Position numbers and translations under genes: made by a program. The notes beneath the pieces are model-generated. The model saw nothing but the letters and a program-made list of their open reading frames with translations, did no database searches and had not been told where the DNA came from. Shown piece by piece: positions 8,404 through 16,769 of a stretch of DNA of 34,613 nt (the first letter of the stretch is position 1; each line of letters starts with the position of its first letter). Where the stretch lies: IMG/VR virus record IMGVR_UViG_3300027193_000023, positions 1 through 34,613 of that record; one strand, 5' to 3'. This DNA is from a virus. Lineage: Duplodnaviria > Caudoviricetes.

Positions 8404-10592
8404 TGGCTGAACCATACAACATTGATGAGTTAACACAAGACCCGTTTTTAAGGTTAGTTGTTAAACCTGAATCTGGCGGTCAAAATATTGCCAATGTGCC
8501 GTTGCCAGGCGCAACCCCATCGTCAGCATTTGGTTTGTTTCAAATAACAAAACCAACTTTTGATCATATTGTTACAACAAACCCTAATTTACAAGGGCTT
8601 TCTTACGATGTGTTTCAAAAAGATCCAAAAGCGCAAGTTTCGGTTGCAGAAGCATTAGCTAAATCACATCGAGCTACGTTAGCAAGTCACGGGTTAGAAG
8701 ATAATCCGACAAATATGTATGGAATGTGGTTTGGTGGATCGGGTGGTGGCCCTGCTCTTTTAAAAGCAGATGAAAATACCCCGATGACCTCAGTATGGGG
8801 ACAAAACGAAATTGCGTCTAACCCGTGGGTTGGAAAATTAACAGCAGGCGAATTACGCAAAAATTTATCCTCTAAAGTAGGAACGCAATATTCTTCAATG
8901 GCAACCGCAACCACATCAGACGTAAATCCAGTAGGAATATCGTCAATGAGTAACGAGCAATTGCTTAAACTTGCGACACCATCTGCGCCTAAAGGCTTGG
9001 AAGGGTTAAGCAACGAAGAATTGTTAGGCATGGCAAAAGGTCAGCAACCAACTGCACAAGCGCCACAAGGCCCAATGGGGGGCGCTGACGTTGCGTTTCA
9101 AGCCATTACCAATATCCCGTCAAGCGCAGCAAAGTTTGCGGGTGATATTTACCAAGCCGTTACAAACCCTGTCGAAACGGTTAAAAGCATTGGTATGTTG
9201 GGTGCAGGCGCAATTAAAAATGCGTTGCCCAAGTCTGTTACTGATTTCATTACCTCAATCAGTAGTGAGCCTGGTCAGATTGACAAAGCCGTGGAAATGG
9301 CTAATGCCGTGGGTGGCGAATATGCTAAAAAATACGGCTCTCTAGAAGGGTTTAAGACAGCAATTGCAACTGATCCTGTAGGAACAGCAGCAGACATTTC
9401 TATGCTGTTTACTGGTGGCGGCTCATTAGTTGGTAAGTTGCCTGGCATGGTGGGTCGTGCAGGCGAAACGGTTGCTAACGTTGGTCGTGCAATTGATCCT
9501 TTAAATCTTGCGGTTAAATCCGTTACAAAGCCTTTGCAATTAGCAGAAATGCTTGCCACGCCTGCCGTTGGTTTGGCAACTGGCGCAGGCGCAGAATCTA
9601 TCCGTGAAGGTGCAAGAGCAGGCGCAGCTGGTGGTGCAAAGGCAGAAGCGTTTTTGGGTCAATTGCGTGGCAATGCGCCAATTGAAAACGTGGTTGCTAC
9701 AGCTAAAGAGGCTGTTGCAGAGTTATACAGAAACAAGTCAGATGCATACAAATCTGGCATGACGGGGGTAACGCAAAACAGAGCATTGCTTGATTTTGCG
9801 CCAATTGACCAAGCAATCATCAACGCTGAAAAAGTTGGTACTTTTAACGGCGTAGTTATTCGTGGAAACGCAGCAAGTGCTTTAAAAGAAATTAAAGACA
9901 AAGTTGCTGAATTCAAAGCCGGCAATCCCGCTGTATTTAGAACGGTTGAAGGTTTTGATAAGTTAAAACAAGCCATTGGTGATATTCAGCAAGCGTTGCC
10001 TTATGGCACACCAGCTCGTAAAGTTGCTGACGATTTATACAATTCTGTTAAAAATGAAATTGTTAAACAAGCGCCTGATTACGCAAAAGTAATGGGCGAT
10101 TACGAGCAAGCAAGTGCGTTGCTTAAAGACATTGAAGGATCGTTATCGCTTGGCAAGAAAGCCAACATTGATACGTCGGTTCGCAAGTTGCAATCAATAT
10201 TGCGTAATAATGCAAACACTAATTACGGCAGACGGGTTGATTTAGGTCGGCAATTAGAGGCTACAGGTGTGCCAGGCGCTGACACATTGTTTCCGCAATT
10301 AGCCGGTCAAATGTTAAGTTCGCCCACGCCTAGAGGTATTCAAGGTGCAACAACCGCATTAGGCGGTGCTGCTGCATATGCAACTAATCCATCGTTGTTG
10401 CCTGGGCTTGCACTAACTTCGCCACGATTAGTTGGCGAGGCAGCATATTACGGCGGTAAAGCAGGCGGTGCAGCACAACGAGTGGCTGAAGCGCTAAAAA
10501 CATACACAGGCAAATTGCCAATTGATCCTTATACTTTAAGAATGTTGGCAGCTAAATTAGGGCAAATGCAGCCCGAAGAACAGAGGCAATAA
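8403..10592 (+). CDS. Large ejection protein with N-terminal lytic transglycosylase-like domain
   Basis: ESGG (catalytic Glu motif) and SSAFGLFQITKPTF are lysozyme/SLT-fold motifs; the rest is Ala/Gly-rich and helical. Confidence 0.75.
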   Translation: MAEPYNIDELTQDPFLRLVVKPESGGQNIANVPLPGATPSSAFGLFQITKPTFDHIVTTNPNLQGLSYDVFQKDPKAQVSVAEALAKSHRATLASHGLEDNPTNMYGMWFGGSGGGPALLKADENTPMTSVWGQNEIASNPWVGKLTAGELRKNLSSKVGTQYSSMATATTSDVNPVGISSMSNEQLLKLATPSAPKGLEGLSNEELLGMAKGQQPTAQAPQGPMGGADVAFQAITNIPSSAAKFAGDIYQAVTNPVETVKSIGMLGAGAIKNALPKSVTDFITSISSEPGQIDKAVEMANAVGGEYAKKYGSLEGFKTAIATDPVGTAADISMLFTGGGSLVGKLPGMVGRAGETVANVGRAIDPLNLAVKSVTKPLQLAEMLATPAVGLATGAGAESIREGARAGAAGGAKAEAFLGQLRGNAPIENVVATAKEAVAELYRNKSDAYKSGMTGVTQNRALLDFAPIDQAIINAEKVGTFNGVVIRGNAASALKEIKDKVAEFKAGNPAVFRTVEGFDKLKQAIGDIQQALPYGTPARKVADDLYNSVKNEIVKQAPDYAKVMGDYEQASALLKDIEGSLSLGKKANIDTSVRKLQSILRNNANTNYGRRVDLGRQLEATGVPGADTLFPQLAGQMLSSPTPRGIQGATTALGGAAAYATNPSLLPGLALTSPRLVGEAAYYGGKAGGAAQRVAEALKTYTGKLPIDPYTLRMLAAKLGQMQPEEQRQ

Positions 10593-10594
10593 AA

Positions 10595-11161
10595 ATGAGT
10601 TACAACGGTTCAGGCACGTTCGTCATCAACTCAACTGGTCAGCCAGTTGTTACAAACACAGTCATTTCATCGACAGCGTTTAATGCGCTAACCGCTGATC
10701 TTGCAACTGGTTTAACAACTGCGCTGACTAAAGACGGTCAAACGACACCGACAGCCAATATTCCCATGGGAACGTTTAAGTTTACAGGATTGGGGGCGGG
10801 TTCTTCTGCAACTGATTCTGCAAACTTATCGCAAGTGCAAAGCTCGGTTGGATCATTTTTAACCGCAGCCGGCACAGATACCATTACAGCGTCGGTTAGC
10901 CCATCGTTGACTGCTTATGCTGTTGGTCAAACTTTTAAATTTATTGCTGCTGCGACAAATACAGGCGCAGTCACTATTAACATTAGTACGCTTGGTGCTA
11001 AATCTATTTTAAAAAATGGCGCAACGGCGTTATCTGCGGGTGAATTAGTTAGCGGTTCAATGTATCAAATTGTTTATGATGGTACACAATTTCAACTTAT
11101 CGGGGCTGGCGGCGTTACAGCTGGCAAAGCAATAGCTTTTTCAATCATTTTTGGACTATAA
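10595..11161 (+). CDS. Tail fibre/spike anchoring protein
   Basis: MSYNGSGTF...LTKDGQTTPTANIPMG head, then FKFIAAATNTGAVTINI...YDGTQFQL, typical of fibre N-terminal modules. Confidence 0.65.
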   Translation: MSYNGSGTFVINSTGQPVVTNTVISSTAFNALTADLATGLTTALTKDGQTTPTANIPMGTFKFTGLGAGSSATDSANLSQVQSSVGSFLTAAGTDTITASVSPSLTAYAVGQTFKFIAAATNTGAVTINISTLGAKSILKNGATALSAGELVSGSMYQIVYDGTQFQLIGAGGVTAGKAIAFSIIFGL

Positions 11162-11164
11162 ATC

Positions 11165-11539
11165 ATGGCCGCACCTAATATTGTTAACGTTAGCGCAATT
11201 TATGGCAAAGTCGTAACTGCCGATTTAACTTCAACATCTGCAATTTCAGTTTTAAGCAATGCTGCATCAAGTGGCAAAGTGTTTAAAATTGATTCGCTTG
11301 TGGTAGCTAACATTGATACTGCTAATGCTGTAAACATTACAGTTAATCATTATTCCGCTGCGGCGCTTGGCGGGACTGCAACTGCAATTGCCTCGACAAT
11401 TTCCATTCCTGCCAATTCAAGTTTGATTGTGATTGATAAAACAACCATGATTTATCTTGAAGAAAATATGTCGATTGGTGCTGTGGCGGGTACGTCAAGC
11501 AAATTAAAAGTCGTTTGTTCTTATGAGGACATTTCGTAA
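11165..11539 (+). CDS. Small tail-fibre-associated beta protein
   Basis: 124 aa, MAAPNIVNV...CSYEDIS, between fibre genes. Confidence 0.55.
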   Translation: MAAPNIVNVSAIYGKVVTADLTSTSAISVLSNAASSGKVFKIDSLVVANIDTANAVNITVNHYSAAALGGTATAIASTISIPANSSLIVIDKTTMIYLEENMSIGAVAGTSSKLKVVCSYEDIS

Positions 11540-12426
11540 TGGCTTTAGGAAACCAAGGGCAAATAGGCCCATTTCGTGCGCCCTCAAGTGGGATGCTACG
11601 GCTATCTGCTTTACAACAAAATAGATCAGGCCCTTATACGGTTAATTATCTTGTTGTAGCTGGCGGTGGTGGTGGTGGCCCTGGTTCAAATGATACGGGT
11701 GGTGGTGGCGGTGCAGGTGGGTTGTTAACCGGCATTTCTTCTCTTGCTATTGGTACTGCATACACAATTACCGTTGGTGCGGGTGGTGCAGGCGGTGTTC
11801 CTTCCTCAAATGGTTCAAACGGTTCAAATTCTTCGTTTGCTGCTATATCTGTTTCAACTGGTGGCGGCGGCGCTGGTCGTGGCGCTGGCGGCGGTTCAGG
11901 CACAGCAGGAAATAATGGCGGTTCAGGTGGTGGTTCAGGACAAAACGCAAGTCCAGGCGGTACAGGAATTGCTAATCAAGGTTTTGCAGGCGGTACAAGT
12001 ACGGGCATTGTAAGTGGCGCTGGCGGTGGCGGTGCGGGTGCTGTAGGTTCTAACGCAACGGGTGCAAGTGCAGCTGGTGCGGGTGGAGTTGGTGTGGCTT
12101 CCAGTATTAGCGGATCATCTGTATTTTATTCAGGTGGGGGTGGAGGTGCTGCAAACTCTGGTGCTGTTGGCGCTGCGGGTGGGAATGGAGGCGGCGGGAC
12201 AGGTGGTAGTTATTCTGGAACTAACGCAGGAACAGCAGGCACAGCAAATACGGGCGGTGGTGGTGGTGGCTCTGGATCAGCAACAACAGCAACTGGCGCA
12301 GCAGGCGGTTCAGGTGTGGTAATTATTTCTTACCCAGGATCGCAACGTGGAACGGGCGGCACAGTTACAACTAGCGGCGGCAACACTATTCACACGTTTA
12401 CATCTTCAGGGACGTACACAGCATGA
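11539..12426 (+). CDS. Glycine-rich tail adhesin / receptor-binding protein
   Basis: YLVVAGGGGGG, YTITVGAGG, ANTGGGGGG, GGSGVVIISY and IHTFTSSGT are characteristic of polyglycine-rich phage domains. Confidence 0.75.
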   Translation: MALGNQGQIGPFRAPSSGMLRLSALQQNRSGPYTVNYLVVAGGGGGGPGSNDTGGGGGAGGLLTGISSLAIGTAYTITVGAGGAGGVPSSNGSNGSNSSFAAISVSTGGGGAGRGAGGGSGTAGNNGGSGGGSGQNASPGGTGIANQGFAGGTSTGIVSGAGGGGAGAVGSNATGASAAGAGGVGVASSISGSSVFYSGGGGGAANSGAVGAAGGNGGGGTGGSYSGTNAGTAGTANTGGGGGGSGSATTATGAAGGSGVVIISYPGSQRGTGGTVTTSGGNTIHTFTSSGTYTA

Positions 12427-12821
12427 GTTATTTTGCAAGAGTACCGACAATTACAAATGGCAAAGGCATTGTCGATGATGTTATTGCTGCTGACCAAGCG
12501 TTTATTGATTCAGACGCAGAAGGTGATCCAAGTATGTGGTGGCAGACTTCATATAATACTCATGGGAATGTTCACTACGGGCCTGACGGTCAACCAGATG
12601 GCGGCGTAGCTTTAAGAGCTAATTATGCAGGCATTGGTTATACGCTTGATACATCTGTTGTACAAGATGGCGTAGTCGGTGTGTTTTACGCACCACAACC
12701 GTATCCATCGTGGATTTTAAATACGCAAACTTATTTGTGGGAAGCGCCAGTTCCAATGCCAAAAACTGGTGGGCCATATTCTTGGGACGAGGCTACAGAA
12801 TCTTGGGTAACAAGTGCTTAA
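12423..12821 (+). CDS. Tail-fibre-associated protein
   Basis: WWQTSYN, LRANYAGIGYT, PQPYPSW, WEAPVPMP, YSWDE motifs; ATGA-coupled to the Gly-rich gene. Confidence 0.6.
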   Translation: MSYFARVPTITNGKGIVDDVIAADQAFIDSDAEGDPSMWWQTSYNTHGNVHYGPDGQPDGGVALRANYAGIGYTLDTSVVQDGVVGVFYAPQPYPSWILNTQTYLWEAPVPMPKTGGPYSWDEATESWVTSA

Positions 12822-12915
12822 CTTCATTGCCATATTGTTGATTTCACCATTGATACTGCTATGCAGCGTGTGGTTGATACCGTGGGCAATTTTTGCAATG
12901 TTTAAGGGTAAATAA
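12814..12915 (+). CDS. 33-aa hydrophobic micro-protein (not in ORF track)
   Basis: GTG start, MLNFIAILLISPLILLCSVWLIPWAIFAMFKGK*; fills the gap exactly and its TAA overlaps the next ATG (TAATG). Confidence 0.55.
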   Translation: MLNFIAILLISPLILLCSVWLIPWAIFAMFKGK

Positions 12916-13169
12916 TGGATTGGCAAATAATCATCAATATCGGTGCAGGTTCACTACTGACTATTGGTGGTTGGTTTGCCCGTCAGTTATGGGATTCTGT
13001 CAAAGAACTCAAGAAAGAGATTGCCGATCTAAAGCTGCACGTTTCAGAAACCTACGCAAAAAAATCAGAAATTGAAACGCTTGAATCCCAAATGGAAAAA
13101 CGCTTTGACCGCCTTGAGCAGATGATTGCTCGTCTGTACGACAAAATCGACGCCAAGGCAGATAAATGA
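12915..13169 (+). CDS. Small membrane protein (N-terminal TM plus coiled coil), lysis region
   Basis: IIINIGAGSLLTIGGWFA hydrophobic segment followed by a heptad-rich charged tail. Confidence 0.65.
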   Translation: MDWQIIINIGAGSLLTIGGWFARQLWDSVKELKKEIADLKLHVSETYAKKSEIETLESQMEKRFDRLEQMIARLYDKIDAKADK

Positions 13170-13249
13170 CTTACTTAAAAGCAAAGTTGGAAGCGTTCAA
13201 AGCGTGGTGCTGGCGCATGGTGGCTTGGTTTAAAAACGTGAGGTTCTGA
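13166..13249 (+). CDS. 27-aa cationic amphipathic peptide (not in ORF track)
   Basis: MTYLKAKLEAFKAWCWRMVAWFKNVRF*; ATGA overlap upstream and ends 1 nt before the holin ATG. Confidence 0.55.
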   Translation: MTYLKAKLEAFKAWCWRMVAWFKNVRF

Positions 13250-13250
13250 C

Positions 13251-13667
13251 ATGTTTCCAATCATGGATATCCTTGGCATTGGCATGAAGGTCTTGGATAA
13301 GTTTTTTCCTGACCCCGAACAGAAAGCCAAAGCCCAGCTTGAGTTAATGCAGATGCAGCAGAACGGTGAGCTTGCCAAGATGCAGGCTGACATGCAAGAG
13401 CAAGGAGAGCTTACCAAGCGTCAAGAAAACGATATGCGGTCTGACTCATGGCTCTCCAAAAACATTCGCCCTATGACCCTTATAGCGATCCTAATAGGCT
13501 ATTTTATCTTTGCCATGATGTCAGCGTTTGATCTTGATACAAACGAGAAGTATGTTGAGTTGCTTGGGCAATGGGGCATGTTAATAATGAGCTTCTATTT
13601 CGGTGGTCGCACCCTTGAAAAGATCATCGACATGAAAAACAAAACGCCCGAAAAGAGCGACAAGTAA
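13251..13667 (+). CDS. Holin (3TM, GTA-release holin-like family)
   Basis: DKFFPDPEQKAKAQLEL, SDSWLSKNIRP, two TM segments, FYFGGRTLEK. Confidence 0.8.
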   Translation: MFPIMDILGIGMKVLDKFFPDPEQKAKAQLELMQMQQNGELAKMQADMQEQGELTKRQENDMRSDSWLSKNIRPMTLIAILIGYFIFAMMSAFDLDTNEKYVELLGQWGMLIMSFYFGGRTLEKIIDMKNKTPEKSDK

Positions 13668-14329
13668 TGGTAACGGCTAAAAAGCCTGCGGTTAAACGAG
13701 CGCCAGTAAAACGGGTTGCAAAACCTGCGCCTGTTAGGAACCCAGACTTTACAGACAAGGTTGTTGATCTTATCAAGTGGGTAGACAGTCCGTTCAAGCT
13801 GATCTCGGTGGTGCTGATTGCGTTTGTTGCGTTTGCTGGCTACTTTGCTTGGGACTCACGGCAGGTCATTTTGGGTGCAATCAGTAGCAAAAAGACTGAA
13901 CTCAAAGAACCGTTGCTTGTCGAGGCTATTACCAAGTCTTTAATTTACGATCTGAGCGCAGATGTGGTGGTTGTTAACTCTGTCAATCTTCAGTCAAATA
14001 GCCGCACAACCATCTTGGCAATGAGCAATCAGGGTCGTGAAAAATCGCTTGAAGGCGTAATCAACGCTTTGTTTACCAGTTCGCCCGAACGCAACCGTGC
14101 AGTCATTACGATGTTTCAAGGCGAGGTGCATTGCGAGACGTTTGTACCAAGCTCAAAGCTCGGTGAGTACGTTGTCAAACATGGCGTGACGTACATGTGC
14201 CGTGGTGCTGTACCCCCAGAACAAGGGCGCTTTGTAGGCTACATTGCGGTTGGTTTTAAGATACCCCCTAAAGATATTATCCAAGCGAAGACTCGCATTA
14301 ACTTAGCAAGTGCGGAGATGAGTAAATGA
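13667..14329 (+). CDS. Single-TM protein with a putative GAF-like soluble domain, between holin and endolysin
   Basis: Basic N-terminus, TM LISVVLIAFVAFAGYFAW, C-terminal MCRGAVPPEQGRFVGYIAVGF. Confidence 0.55.
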   Translation: MVTAKKPAVKRAPVKRVAKPAPVRNPDFTDKVVDLIKWVDSPFKLISVVLIAFVAFAGYFAWDSRQVILGAISSKKTELKEPLLVEAITKSLIYDLSADVVVVNSVNLQSNSRTTILAMSNQGREKSLEGVINALFTSSPERNRAVITMFQGEVHCETFVPSSKLGEYVVKHGVTYMCRGAVPPEQGRFVGYIAVGFKIPPKDIIQAKTRINLASAEMSK

Positions 14330-14841
14330 TTAGTAATTGGCAAAAATCGTTCGAGCTGATGTTGAAGTCGGAGGGAGGGTTTGTCAATCACCCGAGCGAC
14401 CCCGGCGGCATGACCAACCTCGGCGTGACCAAAACGACTTGGGAAAATTGGGTAGGCCGTGAGTCAGACGAGGCTGAAATGCGTGGGCTGACACCGGAAA
14501 AAGTTGAGCCTCTGTACAAAAAGAAGTATTGGGATGCCGTGCGTGGGGATGAAATTGAAAATGGTGGTGTTGCATACCTTTTGTTTGATTTCGCCGTAAA
14601 CGCAGGCGTGGGTCGTTCGATAAAGACCTTGCAAACCGCAGTTGGTGTCACGCCAGACGGTGGGTTCGGCCCGATGACGATGGCAGCTGTGCAAGCCGTT
14701 GACCCTGTTGATCTAATTGAGCGATTTAGCCAAGCCAAAGAGGATTTCTATCGGTCTTTAAACACTTTTGCAACGTTTGGCAAAGGATGGCTAAATCGGG
14801 TGGCTGACGTTAAGGTAAAGGCTTCGTCGATGTTGGCTTGA
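14326..14841 (+). CDS. Endolysin, glycoside hydrolase family 108 with C-terminal peptidoglycan-binding domain
   Basis: EGGFVNHPSDPGGMTNLGVT catalytic motif, FDFAVNAG, FGKGWLNRV. Confidence 0.92.
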   Translation: MISNWQKSFELMLKSEGGFVNHPSDPGGMTNLGVTKTTWENWVGRESDEAEMRGLTPEKVEPLYKKKYWDAVRGDEIENGGVAYLLFDFAVNAGVGRSIKTLQTAVGVTPDGGFGPMTMAAVQAVDPVDLIERFSQAKEDFYRSLNTFATFGKGWLNRVADVKVKASSMLA

Positions 14842-15022
14842 ATTGCTTATCGCAGTAAACACAAAGCCCGTCACGCAACGTTGTACAGACTTGACCGCAG
14901 CCATCACAAACAAACTCTTTGGGATAATTCGTTGGGCGTGACCAACGTATCCAAATGGCTGTGGCAACCAATGCGGCAGCGGAAGCGTAAAACACAAACA
15001 TCCAGTCCCATAGCGTCATCAC
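14810..15022 (-). CDS. Small membrane protein with Zn-finger-like Cys pairs
   Basis: N-terminal hydrophobic segment, CDGC and CVYC; last gene of the overlapping leftward operon. Confidence 0.55.
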   Translation of the reverse strand: MMTLWDWMFVFYASAAALVATAIWIRWSRPTNYPKEFVCDGCGQVCTTLRDGLCVYCDKQFKPTSTKPLP

Positions 15023-15297
15023 CAGCCTCCCACACCCATAAGTACCACTTGTTCACGTTTGGCTCTCTCAGCGGCTATACGCATGGCTGGCGATAGCCTG
15101 TATGCCGGCCTGTCAAACTTGTCGATCTTCTTGTCGATGTGAGTCAGGTATTTTTCAAGCAAAGCACGTTCGCCAGTTGGGGCAATACCGCCTAATTCGT
15201 GCGAACACATTGCAAGTGTTGCGGGTCGAGAGTCTGGTAACAAACCTTTATGGCGCAGTTTGTCAGCAGCGGCTAGGTATAAATTAGATAAAGTCAT
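15019..15297 (-). CDS. Hypothetical protein
   Basis: ORF 15019..15336 with probable start at MTLSN (15297); overlaps its neighbours. Confidence 0.55.
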   Translation of the reverse strand: MTLSNLYLAAADKLRHKGLLPDSRPATLAMCSHELGGIAPTGERALLEKYLTHIDKKIDKFDRPAYRLSPAMRIAAERAKREQVVLMGVGGW

Positions 15298-15523
15298 TGT
15301 TGTCCCCAAGTAATTGCGTGGCACGATCAAGACCAACTTCTGTTTGAATCATTCGACGTAGCCTGACAATTGTTTCAGCGTTTAGCAACATTCCCTCCAT
15401 TAACGCTTTGTTTGATTCTTGCAACTGGCGTATCAGCTGCGCTGCCTCGGTCTGTTCTTGATGCGTCATAAAAAACCCATTCTCAAGGTTTCTCAGGATT
15501 TGTTTCGGGCTAAGTGGGTTCAT
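15284..15523 (-). CDS. Hypothetical protein
   Basis: 79 aa helical ORF in the packed leftward operon. Confidence 0.55.
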   Translation of the reverse strand: MNPLSPKQILRNLENGFFMTHQEQTEAAQLIRQLQESNKALMEGMLLNAETIVRLRRMIQTEVGLDRATQLLGDNNDFI

Positions 15524-15731
15524 TGTTTGCCTTGTCTAATGCGTAGAGGGCTGTATACAGATGCGGATGCGTTGTGTCGTTGAGTAGTACGCCTTTGTCC
15601 CCAATGTATCCCGTGGGCTTTAATTTAGCTAAATTGTCAGCAGCCTGGCGATACGCACAAGGGTTGTATTCAGCGTTGCATTTGCCACCGCAAGCCTCTT
15701 TAAACAGATGGATATAGTCGGCCTTAGTCAT
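15510..15731 (-). CDS. Hypothetical protein
   Basis: Probable start MTKADY after GGAGG; contains CGGKCNAEYNPC. Confidence 0.55.
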   Translation of the reverse strand: MTKADYIHLFKEACGGKCNAEYNPCAYRQAADNLAKLKPTGYIGDKGVLLNDTTHPHLYTALYALDKANNEPT

Positions 15732-15732
15732 G

Positions 15733-15966
15733 TCAGCACCCACCTCCACCACCTTGACCACCAAAACCACCACGAATAATAGGTGTAAGCCACGGTTGCA
15801 TATTTTCAGGGTGACGGTATTGCCATTGCGTCATGTTCACCCCACCTTTCACAAAACACAATTGCAAGTGATCTTTAATCATCTTCCATTGCTCTTTAGT
15901 TGGCTCTCTGCCACCGTTCATTTCAACAAAACCTTGCAGCCAATAAGCAAATTGATCGTGGTTCAT
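15733..15966 (-). CDS. Hypothetical phage protein
   Basis: FAYWLQGFVE...PTKEQWKMIKDHL; ATGA overlap with the upstream gene. Confidence 0.65.
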   Translation of the reverse strand: MNHDQFAYWLQGFVEMNGGREPTKEQWKMIKDHLQLCFVKGGVNMTQWQYRHPENMQPWLTPIIRGGFGGQGGGGGC

Positions 15967-16235
15967 AAACGTAATCCAAAAGGGTTGTGGGCGTGTTTAA
16001 CAACTAGGTTTTCGTAATTATCTGAAGATTCTGTAACAGTCGGTGCTTGTCGAATAGTGACATAAACACAAGGTGAGCCACGCCTGCCATCCCCACGTTT
16101 CTCGATCTTGTTATTGCGCTGAAGTTTGGCAAGTTGAGTGTAGATGCTGATCTTTTCAAGGCCACAGTAATCAGCAATATCAACTGTTGTTTTAGGCTCA
16201 ATGCAATACCGCAATATCTTTTGTTCTGTTGACAT
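15963..16235 (-). CDS. Winged helix-turn-helix DNA-binding protein
   Basis: KTTVDIADYCGLEKISIYTQLAKLQRNNKIEK...YVT winged-HTH pattern; first gene after a promoter. Confidence 0.65.
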   Translation of the reverse strand: MSTEQKILRYCIEPKTTVDIADYCGLEKISIYTQLAKLQRNNKIEKRGDGRRGSPCVYVTIRQAPTVTESSDNYENLVVKHAHNPFGLRL

Positions 16236-16254
16236 ATGTTCTCTTTAAAAGGAT

Positions 16255-16283
16255 ACATTAAGTTATCTAAACAGATCAATCAA
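16255..16283 (-). promoter_or_regulatory. Sigma70-like promoter with operator in the spacer
   Basis: Minus strand TTGATT-17-TAATGT; contains TTTAGATAACTTAAT. Confidence 0.6.
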
Positions 16284-16333
16284 GAAGTATTAACTAGGTG
16301 ATAACCCTTACTCTGTTTATTTTAAATATAGTT

Positions 16334-16354
16334 CCCCTACCCTTATACCCACCC
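16334..16354 (-). other. G-quadruplex-forming motif
   Basis: Minus strand GGGTGGGTATAAGGGTAGGGG: four runs of at least three G with loops of 1, 5 and 2 nt. Confidence 0.6.
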
Positions 16355-16645
16355 ACCGTAGTAGTTGAGGATAAATCCTTTACGACAGACCTGTACCTTG
16401 TTAGGTTTATGGCAGGCATCTCACCCCACCCCTAGATTCCCTAGATTGCTAGCAGTCCTTGCAAGCAATAAAGATCAATACCTAGAGTAAATGGTTTTAG
16501 TAGATTTCTCTACTCTGTCTATATCCTGTTCGATTTCTCTACTGGGGCGTGCGGGTCACACGGGATAAAGCTATATAACAAATGTATAACTGACCTGTAT
16601 GGGTACGAGTGGTCACTCTATTAGCTAATGCGCCCTGACAGCTGT
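16355..16645 (-). ncRNA. Candidate structured non-coding RNA / origin region
   Basis: No credible ORF; several hairpins on the minus strand (GUAGA-GAAA-UCUAC, AGGA-UUUA-UCCU) and a 12-bp direct repeat at 16503/16532. Confidence 0.4.
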
Positions 16646-16647
16646 TT

Positions 16648-16763
16648 AAAAAAACAAAAAAGCCGTTTTAATCTGTATCCTGGTGAGAGAATCCACTATC
16701 GTTTTCAAGGCGCAAGTGGATCAGGCTACAGACTAAAACGGCTTCGTTATCTCTCACGACAAC
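16648..16763 (-). ncRNA. Candidate ~115-nt small RNA / attenuator: long hairpin, poly-U and leader-bulge pseudoknot
   Basis: Arms 16660..16697 and 16715..16744 pair; the bulged UCUCUCAC (16683..16690) is complementary to leader GUGAGAGA (16750..16757); a U-tract follows. Confidence 0.7.
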
Positions 16764-16769
16764 AATTTA

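Noticed and set aside
11650-12330. GGT/GGC-rich repeats as a tandem array or G-quadruplex cluster
   Set aside because: Explained by glycine codons of the Gly-rich tail protein.
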